DNA of 64,000 nt, taken from positions 37,093 through 101,092 of the forward strand of contig JAVQSZ010000007.1 in assembly GCA_033581555.1 (NCBI GenBank), written 5' to 3'. Positions within the stretch are counted from its first letter, which is position 1; each line of letters begins with the position of its first letter. Shown one piece after another: positions 37,804 to 46,422 of the stretch. The translations under genes were made by a program, and so were the position numbers. This stretch comes from Nitrososphaerota archaeon (GTDB lineage Archaea; Thermoproteota; Nitrososphaeria_A; Caldarchaeales; Calditenuaceae). The notes under the pieces are model-generated. The model was not told the DNA's origin. It ran no database searches and saw only the letters and a list, made by a program, of their open reading frames with translations.

Positions 37804-38046
37804 TCAGCCCTCGATCGCCTTGGCTATGTCATCGACCGTCGGGAACTTGCCTCCGGCCGCCTTCCTCGAGTAGACGAGGTTCCCGTCGACGTAGACGTCG
37901 AAGGTCCCTCCGTCTCCGGTGTCGAGGGTCACCGAGAAGTTCTTGAGGTACTTGGTGCCGTACCTGTTCAGCAGCTCCGTCGCCAGCTGTGTGGCCTTGG
38001 GGAGGTGGCCGCAGGGGACGCAGTAGACGATCCTGACGTGCGGCAT
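37804..38046 (-). CDS. SelT/SelW/Rdx family redox protein (Cys form)
   Basis: IVYCVPCG...GGTFDVYVDGNLVYSRK...FP. Confidence 0.9.
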   Translation of the reverse strand: MPHVRIVYCVPCGHLPKATQLATELLNRYGTKYLKNFSVTLDTGDGGTFDVYVDGNLVYSRKAAGGKFPTVDDIAKAIEG

Positions 38047-38127
38047 CGCGCAGCCATCTGAGCCACCGTATTTAGCTCTGCGCCCAGACGACAGGACCGG
38101 GGCTCGAGGTCCTCCGTCGGGTCAGGA

Positions 38128-38892
38128 TCACCTGAAGAGGTCCTCCTCCCTCGGCCTCACGATCGCCGAGGCGCCCGTCTCCGACCTCGTGTGGGGGTAG
38201 CCCCTGATCACGGCGACCGGTATGCCTTCGTCGGCGTTACCCATCACCAGCTCCGCGGCCGAGGCGATCTCGTCGGCGACGCAGATCTGCTTGCTCTGGA
38301 GGACCCTCCCGTAGAGGTCCGGCCTTCCCCTCAGGTCCAGTATCGGCTCGATGCCGCTGCAGCCGATCGCTACGTTGACCGCGCCCCTCCTGAAGGGCCT
38401 ACCGTGGCTGTCCGAGACGACCACCGCTACGTCCACTCCCTTCAGCTCCCTTATCCTCTCCCTGATCCTCCTCGCGGAGGAGTCGGGGTCGACTGGTAGG
38501 AGCGCGACATTCCCCTCGCCGACGTTGGAGAGGTCGACGCCGCTGTTCGCGCAGACGAGCCCGTGCCTCGTCTCGGTGATTATCAGCCCGTCGCCCCTTA
38601 TCCTCAGGACCTCTGCCGACTCCCTGAGAACGGCCTCGACGTGCCTCGGGTCCTTCCCAGTGACCCTCGCGATCCTCAGGGCCCTCTCGCTCGGCTCGAT
38701 CGAGGCGAGCGGCATCACCCGGCCCTCGGCCTTGGAGACGACCACCTGCGAGACTACCACGACGTCGCCCGTCCTGAGCCCGACGCCGAGCTCCTCCGCG
38801 GCCGAGACTATCAGCCCGGCCAGGTCGTCGCCCTCCTTCACCAGCGGGAGCCTGAGGCCGATGACCTCGACCCTCGGAAGGTCGCTGCGCAT
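38128..38892 (-). CDS. cofE: Coenzyme F420-0:L-glutamate ligase
   Basis: LPLVKEGDDL, VVSKAEG, CANSGVDLSN, SDSHGRPFRRG, ADEIASAA. Confidence 0.94.
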   Translation of the reverse strand: MRSDLPRVEVIGLRLPLVKEGDDLAGLIVSAAEELGVGLRTGDVVVVSQVVVSKAEGRVMPLASIEPSERALRIARVTGKDPRHVEAVLRESAEVLRIRGDGLIITETRHGLVCANSGVDLSNVGEGNVALLPVDPDSSARRIRERIRELKGVDVAVVVSDSHGRPFRRGAVNVAIGCSGIEPILDLRGRPDLYGRVLQSKQICVADEIASAAELVMGNADEGIPVAVIRGYPHTRSETGASAIVRPREEDLFR

Positions 38893-38900
38893 CCGCCCGG

Positions 38901-39242
38901 TCAGAACCCTAGGTCCTTAATCCTCTTCCCGGCCCTTCCCCGGAGGTTCAGCCTGATCTCCGGTATCTCCTCTGCGGCCTCGAAGGGCCTGGTCTCCTCC
39001 TTCGGCTTCACGAAGAGCGCGCACCTCCCCTCCGGCAAGAGCTTGAGCTGGGCGCAGGAGGCGTAGACGCACTTGAACCCGATGCAGGGCCCGTCAACCC
39101 AGTGGCACCAGGGCGGGTTCCTCCTGAAGTCGAGGGCCGGCTTCCCAGGAGCGACGAACTTCATGCACCTGAAGAACCTGCAGAGCGGGTTGCAGACGGG
39201 GGTCGGGTCTCGCGAGAGCGTCCACGGGACCTCCGCCGTCAA
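38901..39242 (-). CDS. Cys-rich hypothetical protein
   Basis: CNPLCRFFRC...WCHWVDGPCIGFKCVYASC...GRC (8 Cys); start TTG 39242 (alternative 39269); 8 bp upstream of cofE. Confidence 0.78.
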   Translation of the reverse strand: MTAEVPWTLSRDPTPVCNPLCRFFRCMKFVAPGKPALDFRRNPPWCHWVDGPCIGFKCVYASCAQLKLLPEGRCALFVKPKEETRPFEAAEEIPEIRLNLRGRAGKRIKDLGF

Positions 39243-39313
39243 GGGTCGAGACCTTCTAACTCCTCGCAACTAATATGCCTTTTGCGACGTCCGTGGGGCG
39301 AGGTGTTGACGGT

Positions 39314-40030
39314 TTGAGGGAGCTGACGCGGCTCAAGCTCGCGAGGTCGAGGCTCGTCTCGAGGCCGAACAGGTTCGTCGTGGTCGCCGAGCGCGAGGGA
39401 GTTCAGATCAGGCTGCACAATAGGAACACCGGGAGGCTCGAGGAGCTCCTCAGGCCTGGCGCCGAGCTGCTCTACGCGTCGAGGACGTCCGGTCGCGGCC
39501 CATCGTCCACTGGTGGGACGCTGATCGGCGTGATGACCAGCGAGGGAGTCGCTCTGACGGACCCCCTGACTCAGGCGAGGGCCTTCGAGCTGGCCTGGAG
39601 GCTCGGCCTCGTGAACTGGCTGAGGGGCTGGAGGATGACCAAGGCCGAGGCGAGCGCGATGGGCGTCAGGCTCGACTACGAGATGCTGGGCCCCAGGGGA
39701 TCGGTGGGCTACCTCGAGCTCAAGTCCGCGGTCTACTTAGACCCGATGCGGAGGTGCTCCTACCCCGACGCGCCGAGCGAGCGGGGCCTGGGCCACGTCG
39801 TCGCGCTGAGGTCGCTGAGGGAGGAGGGCAGGAGGGCGGTGGTCGCGTTCGTCGTGGCTCACCCGTCCTGCAGGTCGTTCAGACCGTTCGCCGAGCGCCA
39901 TCCGGAGCTCGCTGAGGAGCTGGTGAGGGCCTCCGAGGCAGGGGTCGAGGTGAGGGCCGTGAAGGTGGTGCTGAGGGTGGACGGTTCGGTCTCGCTGGAG
40001 GAGCCGGACCTCCCCGTCCTACTGGGATGA
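39314..40030 (+). CDS. sfsA: DNA/RNA nuclease SfsA
   Basis: RPNRF, HNRNTGRLEELL, RLDY, YLELKS, YPDAPSERGLGH. Confidence 0.9.
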   Translation: MRELTRLKLARSRLVSRPNRFVVVAEREGVQIRLHNRNTGRLEELLRPGAELLYASRTSGRGPSSTGGTLIGVMTSEGVALTDPLTQARAFELAWRLGLVNWLRGWRMTKAEASAMGVRLDYEMLGPRGSVGYLELKSAVYLDPMRRCSYPDAPSERGLGHVVALRSLREEGRRAVVAFVVAHPSCRSFRPFAERHPELAEELVRASEAGVEVRAVKVVLRVDGSVSLEEPDLPVLLG

Positions 40031-40144
40031 GCAGCTCACGCAGAGGCCGCACCTCGGGCACCTGTGGGCATCCTCGGGCAGGTCGGCGTGGCACCTCGGG
40101 CACTCGTTGACGACCTCGCTCGATGGGACCATCTTCGGGTCCAC
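40019..40144 (-). CDS. 41-aa CPxC/CPxCG zinc-finger microprotein (not in ORF track)
   Basis: GTG-start ORF MDPKMVPSSEVVNECPRCHADLPEDAHRCPRCGLCVSCSSQ; host-like codons; TTATATAT box about 20 nt upstream on the minus strand (40163-40170). Confidence 0.72.
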   Translation of the reverse strand: MDPKMVPSSEVVNECPRCHADLPEDAHRCPRCGLCVSCSSQ

Positions 40145-40272
40145 CCCTGACTCCCCATCGCCCATATATAAGCAGAAGGTGGGAGGGGGCCGGAAACCCG
40201 AAGGGCTTCGGGCCTGCGGGCCGCGTCGAGTTGAATAGGTGGAGTCGAGGAGGTCCCGCAGAGGACAGGAAG

Positions 40273-41802
40273 GTGCAGGAGCGTTACATCGTCGACGACG
40301 TGGCCCTCGTCACGGGGCTGGCGTCGTCCCTGGTCGAGGGGGGGAGGCTGAGGGGCTCGATCCTGCTCCACAGGAGGATCGTCAAGTCCCTCGGCGAGAG
40401 GTTCAGGAGCGGCGACGAGGGCGCGATCGACTCCCTCAGGGCCCTCAGGGAGGTCTGTGAGCGGAGGGGCGTCTCGATCGAGTTGATCGGGAGCGAGGAC
40501 GCTCCGGGAGAGGTCAGGGACGTGATCAGAGAAGAGGCGACGAAGAACGGCGCGGTCGTCGTCACGGCAGACCCCCTGACGTACAGGCTCTGCGAGGCGC
40601 TCGGGGTCAGGACGGTCAGGGTCGACGTCAGGAGCGACTGGTCCCTCGAGGAGGTCTTCAGGGGCAACGTGATGTCGCTGCACCTGAAGGAGGGGGTCCC
40701 TCCGAGGGTCAAGGCCGGGACGCCCGGCAAGTGGAGGTTCGTCGAGCTCTCGCCCGAGCCGGTGACCAGGAAGAGGCTCGAGCTCTTCGTCCTTCACCTC
40801 CTACAGAGGGTTCACGAGGACGAGTCCAGGACCTCCTTCATCGAGGTAGACGGCAGGAACGTCGCCATCCTCCAGTACGGCGAGTACAGGATCGTGATCA
40901 CCAGGCCTCCCCTCAGCGACGGCCTCGAGGTCACGGTAGTCAGGCCCGTGGTCCGCAAGTCGATCCACGACTACAGCCTCCCGCCGGTCCTGATGGAGAG
41001 GCTCACGACCCGGGCCGAGGGGATCCTGATCGCGGGCGCGCCGGGCATGGGCAAGTCGACCTTCGCTCAGGCGATCGCTGAGTACTACAGGTCGCTGGGG
41101 AAGGTCGTGAAGACCGTCGAAAGCCCGAGGGACCTGGTCCTCCCGGCCGACGTGACGCAGTACTCGAAGTCCTCCTCGACCGGGAGCGAGCTCCACGACG
41201 TCCTCCTCCTCAGCAGGCCCGACTACACCGTCTTCGACGAGATGCGGAACGAGGAGGACTTCCAGCTCTTCGTCGACCTCAGGCTCGCGGGGATAGGGAT
41301 GGTCGGGGTCGTCCACGCGACGTCCCCGATCGACGCCATCCAAAGGGTCGCGAACAGGGTCGACATAGGCGTGGTCCCCTCGATCATCGACACGGTGATC
41401 TTCATGCACTCCGGCGAGGTCTCGAAGGTCCACGTCCTCGAGGTCTCCGTGAAGGTCCCCAGAGGGATGAAGAGGGCGGACCTCGCGAGGCCGACGATCG
41501 AGGTGAAAGACCTCCTGACGGGCGAGGTGGAGTACGAGATGTACGTCTTCGGCGAGCGGACCTTCATCGTGCCCGTGGGGAAGTCCCAGGCCTCCTCCCA
41601 CGAGGAGGGAAGGGTCCAGACGGTCCTGAACAAGCTGATCGGGAAGCACATCGACGGCTACGAGCTGAGGGTCGCCGAGGGCGTCGTGAGGCTCGAAGTC
41701 CCTCCGGAGTACATGAGGGTCTACGTCAGGAAGCTCCAGAGGCGACTCCACAGGATCTGCCAGCAGCTTGGGCTAGATCTCGAGGTCGTCCCGAGGAAGT
41801 GA
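40273..41802 (+). CDS. PINA-type ATPase (PIN + P-loop ATPase + KH-like domain)
   Basis: MSLHLKEG, GILIAGAPGMGKSTFAQA, TVESPRDL, LLLSRPDYTVFDEMR, DLRLAGIGMVGVVHATSPIDAIQR; GTG start 40273. Confidence 0.92.
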   Translation: MQERYIVDDVALVTGLASSLVEGGRLRGSILLHRRIVKSLGERFRSGDEGAIDSLRALREVCERRGVSIELIGSEDAPGEVRDVIREEATKNGAVVVTADPLTYRLCEALGVRTVRVDVRSDWSLEEVFRGNVMSLHLKEGVPPRVKAGTPGKWRFVELSPEPVTRKRLELFVLHLLQRVHEDESRTSFIEVDGRNVAILQYGEYRIVITRPPLSDGLEVTVVRPVVRKSIHDYSLPPVLMERLTTRAEGILIAGAPGMGKSTFAQAIAEYYRSLGKVVKTVESPRDLVLPADVTQYSKSSSTGSELHDVLLLSRPDYTVFDEMRNEEDFQLFVDLRLAGIGMVGVVHATSPIDAIQRVANRVDIGVVPSIIDTVIFMHSGEVSKVHVLEVSVKVPRGMKRADLARPTIEVKDLLTGEVEYEMYVFGERTFIVPVGKSQASSHEEGRVQTVLNKLIGKHIDGYELRVAEGVVRLEVPPEYMRVYVRKLQRRLHRICQQLGLDLEVVPRK

Positions 41803-41834
41803 AGTTCTATTTCCGAAGCATTCGCTAGAACTTC
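41801..41834. terminator. Inverted repeat/hairpin at the end of the PINA gene
   Basis: gaagttcta (41801-09) / tagaacttc (41826-34) with inner cgaa/ttcg pairing; function not established. Confidence 0.4.
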
Positions 41835-41904
41835 GCGAGAGTCCGAACCCTTCCCCCTAGGACCAGGAGAACTTTATTAGAGGCCGCCGGGTGGTCGGCG
41901 TGGC

Positions 41905-42486
41905 ATGTCGACCGCAGAGGCCGCCGCGGCCCAGGTGAAGGTCCGGAAGTACGTCGAGGAGGACCTGGAGGTGGAGGGAGGGGTCCAGATGACGGTCGAG
42001 GCCCCTGGCGTCCTGAAGGTCAAGGGCCCCCTGGGGGAGATAAGGCTCGACTTCTCGGGGGCCGGGGTCGAGTTCGCCGGATCGGGGAGCAGTGTCAGGG
42101 TCCGGGTATACGGGAAGGGCAGGAGGGCGAAGGCGATGCTCGGGACCGTGAAGGCGAAGGTCAGGAACGCAGCGGTCGGCGTGACCAAGGGCTTCACTTA
42201 CAAGCTGAAGATCGTCAAGACCCACTTCCCGATGTCGGTGAAGGTCCAGGGGGACGCCGTGCTGATCGAGAACTTCATCGGCGAGAGGGTACCGAGGGCC
42301 GTGAAGCTAGTCCCCGGGGTGAAGGTGACCGTCAAGGGAGAGGACGTGATAGTCACCGGCATCGACAAGGAGAAGGTCGGGCTGATGGCGGGGATGATCG
42401 AGCAGGCCACGAGGATAAGGGAGAAGGACCTGAGGAAGTTCCTCGACGGCGTCTACGTCTACGAGAAGTCCGTGGGGACCTCCTGA
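41905..42486 (+). CDS. rpl6: 50S ribosomal protein L6
   Basis: VKGPLGE, GVTKGFTYKLKIVKTHFPM, IENFIGER, GIDKEKVG, KDLRKFLDGVYV. Confidence 0.96.
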   Translation: MSTAEAAAAQVKVRKYVEEDLEVEGGVQMTVEAPGVLKVKGPLGEIRLDFSGAGVEFAGSGSSVRVRVYGKGRRAKAMLGTVKAKVRNAAVGVTKGFTYKLKIVKTHFPMSVKVQGDAVLIENFIGERVPRAVKLVPGVKVTVKGEDVIVTGIDKEKVGLMAGMIEQATRIREKDLRKFLDGVYVYEKSVGTS

Positions 42487-42495
42487 GGCCCTCCT

Positions 42496-44589
42496 TCACA
42501 CCCTGAACTCGAGGACCTCGAGCGGGTACAGGACCCTCACGCCCGTCGTCCTCCTGTACTGGATTGCGCAGACGCTGCTCTCCGTCAAGAGGACGTCCAC
42601 GCCCTTCGACCTCAGGAGCTCCACGAGCCTCGCGCCCATCAGGTCCGAGAGTCCCCTGCCCACCGGCCCCGCCTTCATCCCGAACGTCCCTCCCATGCCG
42701 CAGCACATCCCGTCCCCGACCTCGACGACCTCGGCCCCCGAGAGCTCCAGGAGCCTCACGGCGTACGCGTCCCCGGAGAGCGACCTCTGATGGCAGGGCA
42801 CGTGGAGCCCGTACCTCCCTCCCTGACCGCTGACTTTGAGCCTCCCGTTCTCCACGAGCTCAAGCAGGACGCCCAGGCCCTCGAAGGTCGCGTCCGCGAC
42901 CGCCTTAGCTTCGCCGTCCTCCGCCATCAGCCGCGGGTAGACGTGCCTCAGCGCGTAGGTGGCCGTAGGCTCGAGGGACACGACCCTATGACCCCTCTCG
43001 ATGTAGGGCCTGAGCGCGGAGACGTTCCTCCTGGCCGCTTCGGTCGCGCGCCTCAGGTCGCCGTATGCCACGAACGGGTACCCCGAGGTCCTCACGTCAG
43101 GCAGCTCGACCCTGAAGCCCGCCGCAGCGAGGGCCTTAGCGAACTTCACCGCGAGGTCGGGCCTGACGTACTGGTAGTGGAAGTCGGGGAAGAGGGCGAC
43201 GGCGCCGATCGGGTTCGGGACCTGCGGGACCTCCCTCATCATGTCCTTCAGCGTCCTCCGCGAGAGCCTCGGGAGCTCCACGGACGAGTCCAGCCCCACG
43301 GCCCACTCCAGCAGCCTCCTCACGGCCCTCGACGCCATTAACGCGTTCGTCAAGGGAGCGACCGTCGACCCGAAGCGTGCGAAGGACTCGTAGGCCATCA
43401 TGGCCCTGTTGGCCCTCGGCCTCCCCCTTGACTCCGCGAGCAACTCCTTCACCCTCGAGATCCCGAAGGGGATGTCGATCTTCACGGGGCAGACCTCCGC
43501 GCAGAGCCCGCAGCTGACGCAGAGCTCGGCGAATTCCGCCCTCTCAAGGCCGTGGACGTTCGCGGTCCAGAGTATCCCGATCGGGCCGGGGTAGATGTGC
43601 CCGAAGACGTGACCCCCGACGACGCCGTAGGGCGAGCAGACGTTCATGCAGGCGCCGCACCTTATGCAGTACAGCGCCTCCCTGAAGTAGCGGTCCTCCA
43701 GCATCCTCCTCCTGCCGTTGTCGAGGACAACCACGTGCAGCTCCCTTCCGCCCTCGCCCGCCATCGGGAGCCTCCCTCCCATCACCGAGACGTACGTGGT
43801 GAGGCGCTGACCCGTGGCCGCGACCGCGTGCGACCTCGCGAGGACCAGCGCCTCCTCGACGGTCCTGACGACCTTCTCGATGCCCACGAGGACTATCTGG
43901 ACCCTCGGGAGCGAAGCCGAGAGCCTGCCGTTGCCCTCGTTGGTCTCCATCACGACCGCGCCCAGCTCCGCGATCGCGACGTTGGCCCCGTTCACTCCGA
44001 CGTCGGCCTCGAGGAACATCGACCTCAGCCTCCTCCTCACGTAGTCGAGGATCGGCCTGACGTCGGCCTCAAGCCTCTGTCCGGCCTCCCTCGAGAAGAG
44101 CTCTGCTACCTCCTCGACCGACTTGTGGATCGCCGGGAAGACCAGGTGGCTGGGCTTCTCGCCCGCGAGCTGTATGATCCTCTCCCCGAGGTCCGTCTCG
44201 ACGACCTGAAGGCCCCTCGACTCGAGGTGCTGGTTCATCTCGATCTCCTCGCTGGTGAGGGACTTGGACTTCACGACCAGCCGTGCGCCCGCGTTAGCCG
44301 CTATCCTCGCCACGATCTCGTTCGCCTCCTCCGCGTCCCTGGCGAAGTGGACTCTGGCCCCACGGGCCTCGGCGTTCCTCACGAACTCCTCCAGCAGCTC
44401 GTCCAGCTCCTCCAGGCTCCTCTCCTTGATCCGCCTCGCCTCGTCCCTGAACCCCTCGTACCCTTCGATCTCGGCGATCGCCCTCCTCCTCCCGGTGAGG
44501 CCCCTCATCATCGCGGCGTAGAGCCCCCTGACCGGGCCTCGGTTCAGCTGCGCCCCGACCCTCCGCTCGAGCTCAGCGAAACCCCTCAC
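42496..44589 (-). CDS. LutB/LldF-type lactate utilisation Fe-S protein fused to CCG domains
   Basis: KSKSLTSEEI, ETDLGERIIQL, NEGNGRL, CIRCGACMNVC, CVSCGLCAEVCP, HVPCHQR, CCGMGGTFG; GTG 44589 overlaps the lutC stop. Confidence 0.9.
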   Translation of the reverse strand: MRGFAELERRVGAQLNRGPVRGLYAAMMRGLTGRRRAIAEIEGYEGFRDEARRIKERSLEELDELLEEFVRNAEARGARVHFARDAEEANEIVARIAANAGARLVVKSKSLTSEEIEMNQHLESRGLQVVETDLGERIIQLAGEKPSHLVFPAIHKSVEEVAELFSREAGQRLEADVRPILDYVRRRLRSMFLEADVGVNGANVAIAELGAVVMETNEGNGRLSASLPRVQIVLVGIEKVVRTVEEALVLARSHAVAATGQRLTTYVSVMGGRLPMAGEGGRELHVVVLDNGRRRMLEDRYFREALYCIRCGACMNVCSPYGVVGGHVFGHIYPGPIGILWTANVHGLERAEFAELCVSCGLCAEVCPVKIDIPFGISRVKELLAESRGRPRANRAMMAYESFARFGSTVAPLTNALMASRAVRRLLEWAVGLDSSVELPRLSRRTLKDMMREVPQVPNPIGAVALFPDFHYQYVRPDLAVKFAKALAAAGFRVELPDVRTSGYPFVAYGDLRRATEAARRNVSALRPYIERGHRVVSLEPTATYALRHVYPRLMAEDGEAKAVADATFEGLGVLLELVENGRLKVSGQGGRYGLHVPCHQRSLSGDAYAVRLLELSGAEVVEVGDGMCCGMGGTFGMKAGPVGRGLSDLMGARLVELLRSKGVDVLLTESSVCAIQYRRTTGVRVLYPLEVLEFRV

Positions 44590-45122
44590 AGCTCCACCAC
44601 CACTACTGTCGAGTGGGGGCCGTGCACGCCCATCACGAGCCTCAGCTCGATGTCGCCGGTCCTGCTCGGGCCCGAGATGAACGTGACCGCGAAGTTCCTT
44701 CGGGACGCCTCCCTGATCAGCGGCGCCGCGTCCAGGAGCCTCTCGAGGACCGAGCTCCCCTTCAGGAGCGCGACGTGGAGCGGCGGGAGCGATGAGACGA
44801 GCCTGTCCGAGTCGTCGAAGCTCACCTCGACGATCGAGCCGGTCTCGGCCACCGCGGCCACCGGGAACGTGATCCCAGCGTCGCACGAAGCGATCCCCCT
44901 CGGTGAGGCCCGCGGTCCCACGACCTCGAACTCCTCCCTCAGGGCCTCGGCCAACCTCGAGCACCTCCCGTCCTCAGACGTGGCGACGCAGACCCTCCTC
45001 GCGCCGGCCGACCTCAGCTCATCCTTCAGAGCCTCCAGCGCCGCCTCTCCAGACGCGGTCCTGACCCTTCCTCCCTGCTCCCCGAACCTCTCGGAGAAGA
45101 GCATGAGGGCCCTCGAGGCCAT
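44586..45122 (-). CDS. lutC: LutC/YkgG family (LUD domain) protein
   Basis: AVAETGSI, SSLPPLH, ISGPSRTGDIELRLVMGVHGP. Confidence 0.9.
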   Translation of the reverse strand: MASRALMLFSERFGEQGGRVRTASGEAALEALKDELRSAGARRVCVATSEDGRCSRLAEALREEFEVVGPRASPRGIASCDAGITFPVAAVAETGSIVEVSFDDSDRLVSSLPPLHVALLKGSSVLERLLDAAPLIREASRRNFAVTFISGPSRTGDIELRLVMGVHGPHSTVVVVEL

Positions 45123-45165
45123 GGCGTTCCTGGCTCAGTGGGGTCAGGACCTTTAAGTCCGTTTC

Positions 45166-45858
45166 TCAGCGGCCCAGCTCCAGCACCTCTTTCCCCTTCC
45201 CCACGAGTACGACGTAACCCCTGTTCGGGCAGAGTCCGACCTCGACCACTCCGGGGAGCGACTTGACCTCGAGCTCCATCGCCGCGACGTCCCCCAACTC
45301 CCCGACCATCAGGTCCAGGACGAAGTTCCCGTTCTCGGTGACCACCGGCCCCGCCTTCCCGGTGCCCTCCCTCAGCCTCGGCGAGAGGCCCATCGAGTTG
45401 AAGAGCCTGAGGAGGTAGTCGACCGCGAAGGGGAGCGCCTCGACGGGCACGGGACCCCTCAGCCTCTCGACCAGCTTCCCGGAGTCGCCGAGCAGGACGA
45501 CCCTCCTCGACGCCCTCATCAGGACCTTCTCCCTCGCGACCGCCGCTCCCCCTCCCTTGACCGAGTTCCCCTTAGGGTCGACGAGGTCGAAGCTGTCGAC
45601 GTAGACGTCGGGCTCCGGGCACTCAGCGAGGCCCGTCACCCTGAGCCCCGCCCTCCTCGCGACCTCCTCCGACTGCCTCGAGGTCGGTATCGCGGCCCTC
45701 ACGACCCTCGCGGCCCCCCTCTCCCTCAGGACCCTCCCGAAGACCTCGACCGTTGACCCGGTCCCGAGACCCAGGTAGACCTCCCCGCCCATCGAGAGGA
45801 CCAGCTCGACGGCCTTCGCCGCAACCTGCTCCCTCTCGAGCTCCGTCGCGGGCCTCAA
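45166..45858 (-). CDS. rpiA: Ribose-5-phosphate isomerase A
   Basis: LGLGTGSTV, PTS, KGGGAAVAREK, VPVE, GPVVTENGNFVLD, PGVVEVG; DSFDL replaces DGADE; start TTG 45858 (alternative ATG 45894). Confidence 0.88.
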   Translation of the reverse strand: MRPATELEREQVAAKAVELVLSMGGEVYLGLGTGSTVEVFGRVLRERGAARVVRAAIPTSRQSEEVARRAGLRVTGLAECPEPDVYVDSFDLVDPKGNSVKGGGAAVAREKVLMRASRRVVLLGDSGKLVERLRGPVPVEALPFAVDYLLRLFNSMGLSPRLREGTGKAGPVVTENGNFVLDLMVGELGDVAAMELEVKSLPGVVEVGLCPNRGYVVLVGKGKEVLELGR

Positions 45859-45963
45859 CGCCGCCAGACCTCCTAAGGCCCTGATGAACCTCATCCCACT
45901 CCCGGGCCGTCCGGGTCTCCCGGAAAACGTCAAAAGGCACCCACTGGACTTCATCCGGGACCC

Positions 45964-46419
45964 ATGCCGACGTGGCGTTATTCGGTTCAGGGGCTCGACG
46001 AGACCAGGACCGTGAAGGCGAGCCTTAGGGAGGTCGACGCCTCTCCGAAGTGGACGAGGGAGGTCTGTGCGGCGATCAAAGGGATGGACCTCGAGGACGC
46101 GAAGAGGCTGCTCGAGGACGTGATGGCCAAGAGGAGGATGATCCCCTACAGGAGGTACAGGAAGCTGAGGGCCCACCACTCCGAGACGAAGGGCCCCGGC
46201 GGATACCCGGTCAAGCCCGCCAAGCTCCTCCTCAAGCTCCTCGAGTCGCTCGAGGCGAACGCGGAGTTCAAGGGCCTGGACACGTCGAGGCTCAGGATCG
46301 TCCACGCCGCGGTCCACAAGGGACGGGTGATGGAGAGGTACTTCCCGAGGGCCTTCGGGAGGGCCTCGCCCCACAACAGGACGCTGATCCACGTCGAGGT
46401 CGTCGCGGAGCAGTACTGA
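45964..46419 (+). CDS. rpl22: 50S ribosomal protein L22
   Basis: SPKWTREVC, IKGM, IPYRRY, GGYPVK, NAEFKGLD, PRAFGRAS, HVEVV. Confidence 0.96.
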   Translation: MPTWRYSVQGLDETRTVKASLREVDASPKWTREVCAAIKGMDLEDAKRLLEDVMAKRRMIPYRRYRKLRAHHSETKGPGGYPVKPAKLLLKLLESLEANAEFKGLDTSRLRIVHAAVHKGRVMERYFPRAFGRASPHNRTLIHVEVVAEQY

Positions 46420-46422
46420 GCC

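Noticed and set aside
36520-38046. Possible selenocysteine readthrough in the Rdx- and HesB-like genes
   Set aside because: Rdx has CVPC and HesB has its cysteines encoded by TGC/TGT; TGA occurs only at natural ends.
40185-40270. Hairpins upstream of PINA (ctgcggg/cccgcag followed by ACA) as an H/ACA RNA
   Set aside because: The K-turn is unconvincing and the putative pocket GGAGGT is SD-like; such pairing is expected at this GC content.
40273-40640. Degenerate PIN active site (YIVDDVAL) as a novelty
   Set aside because: PIN-domain degeneracy is, to my knowledge, common in PINA ATPases, where the domain is structural.
42496-44964. 822-aa length for the LutB fusion
   Set aside because: The first 125 codons overlap lutC in another frame; GTG 44589 overlapping the lutC stop is the likelier start.
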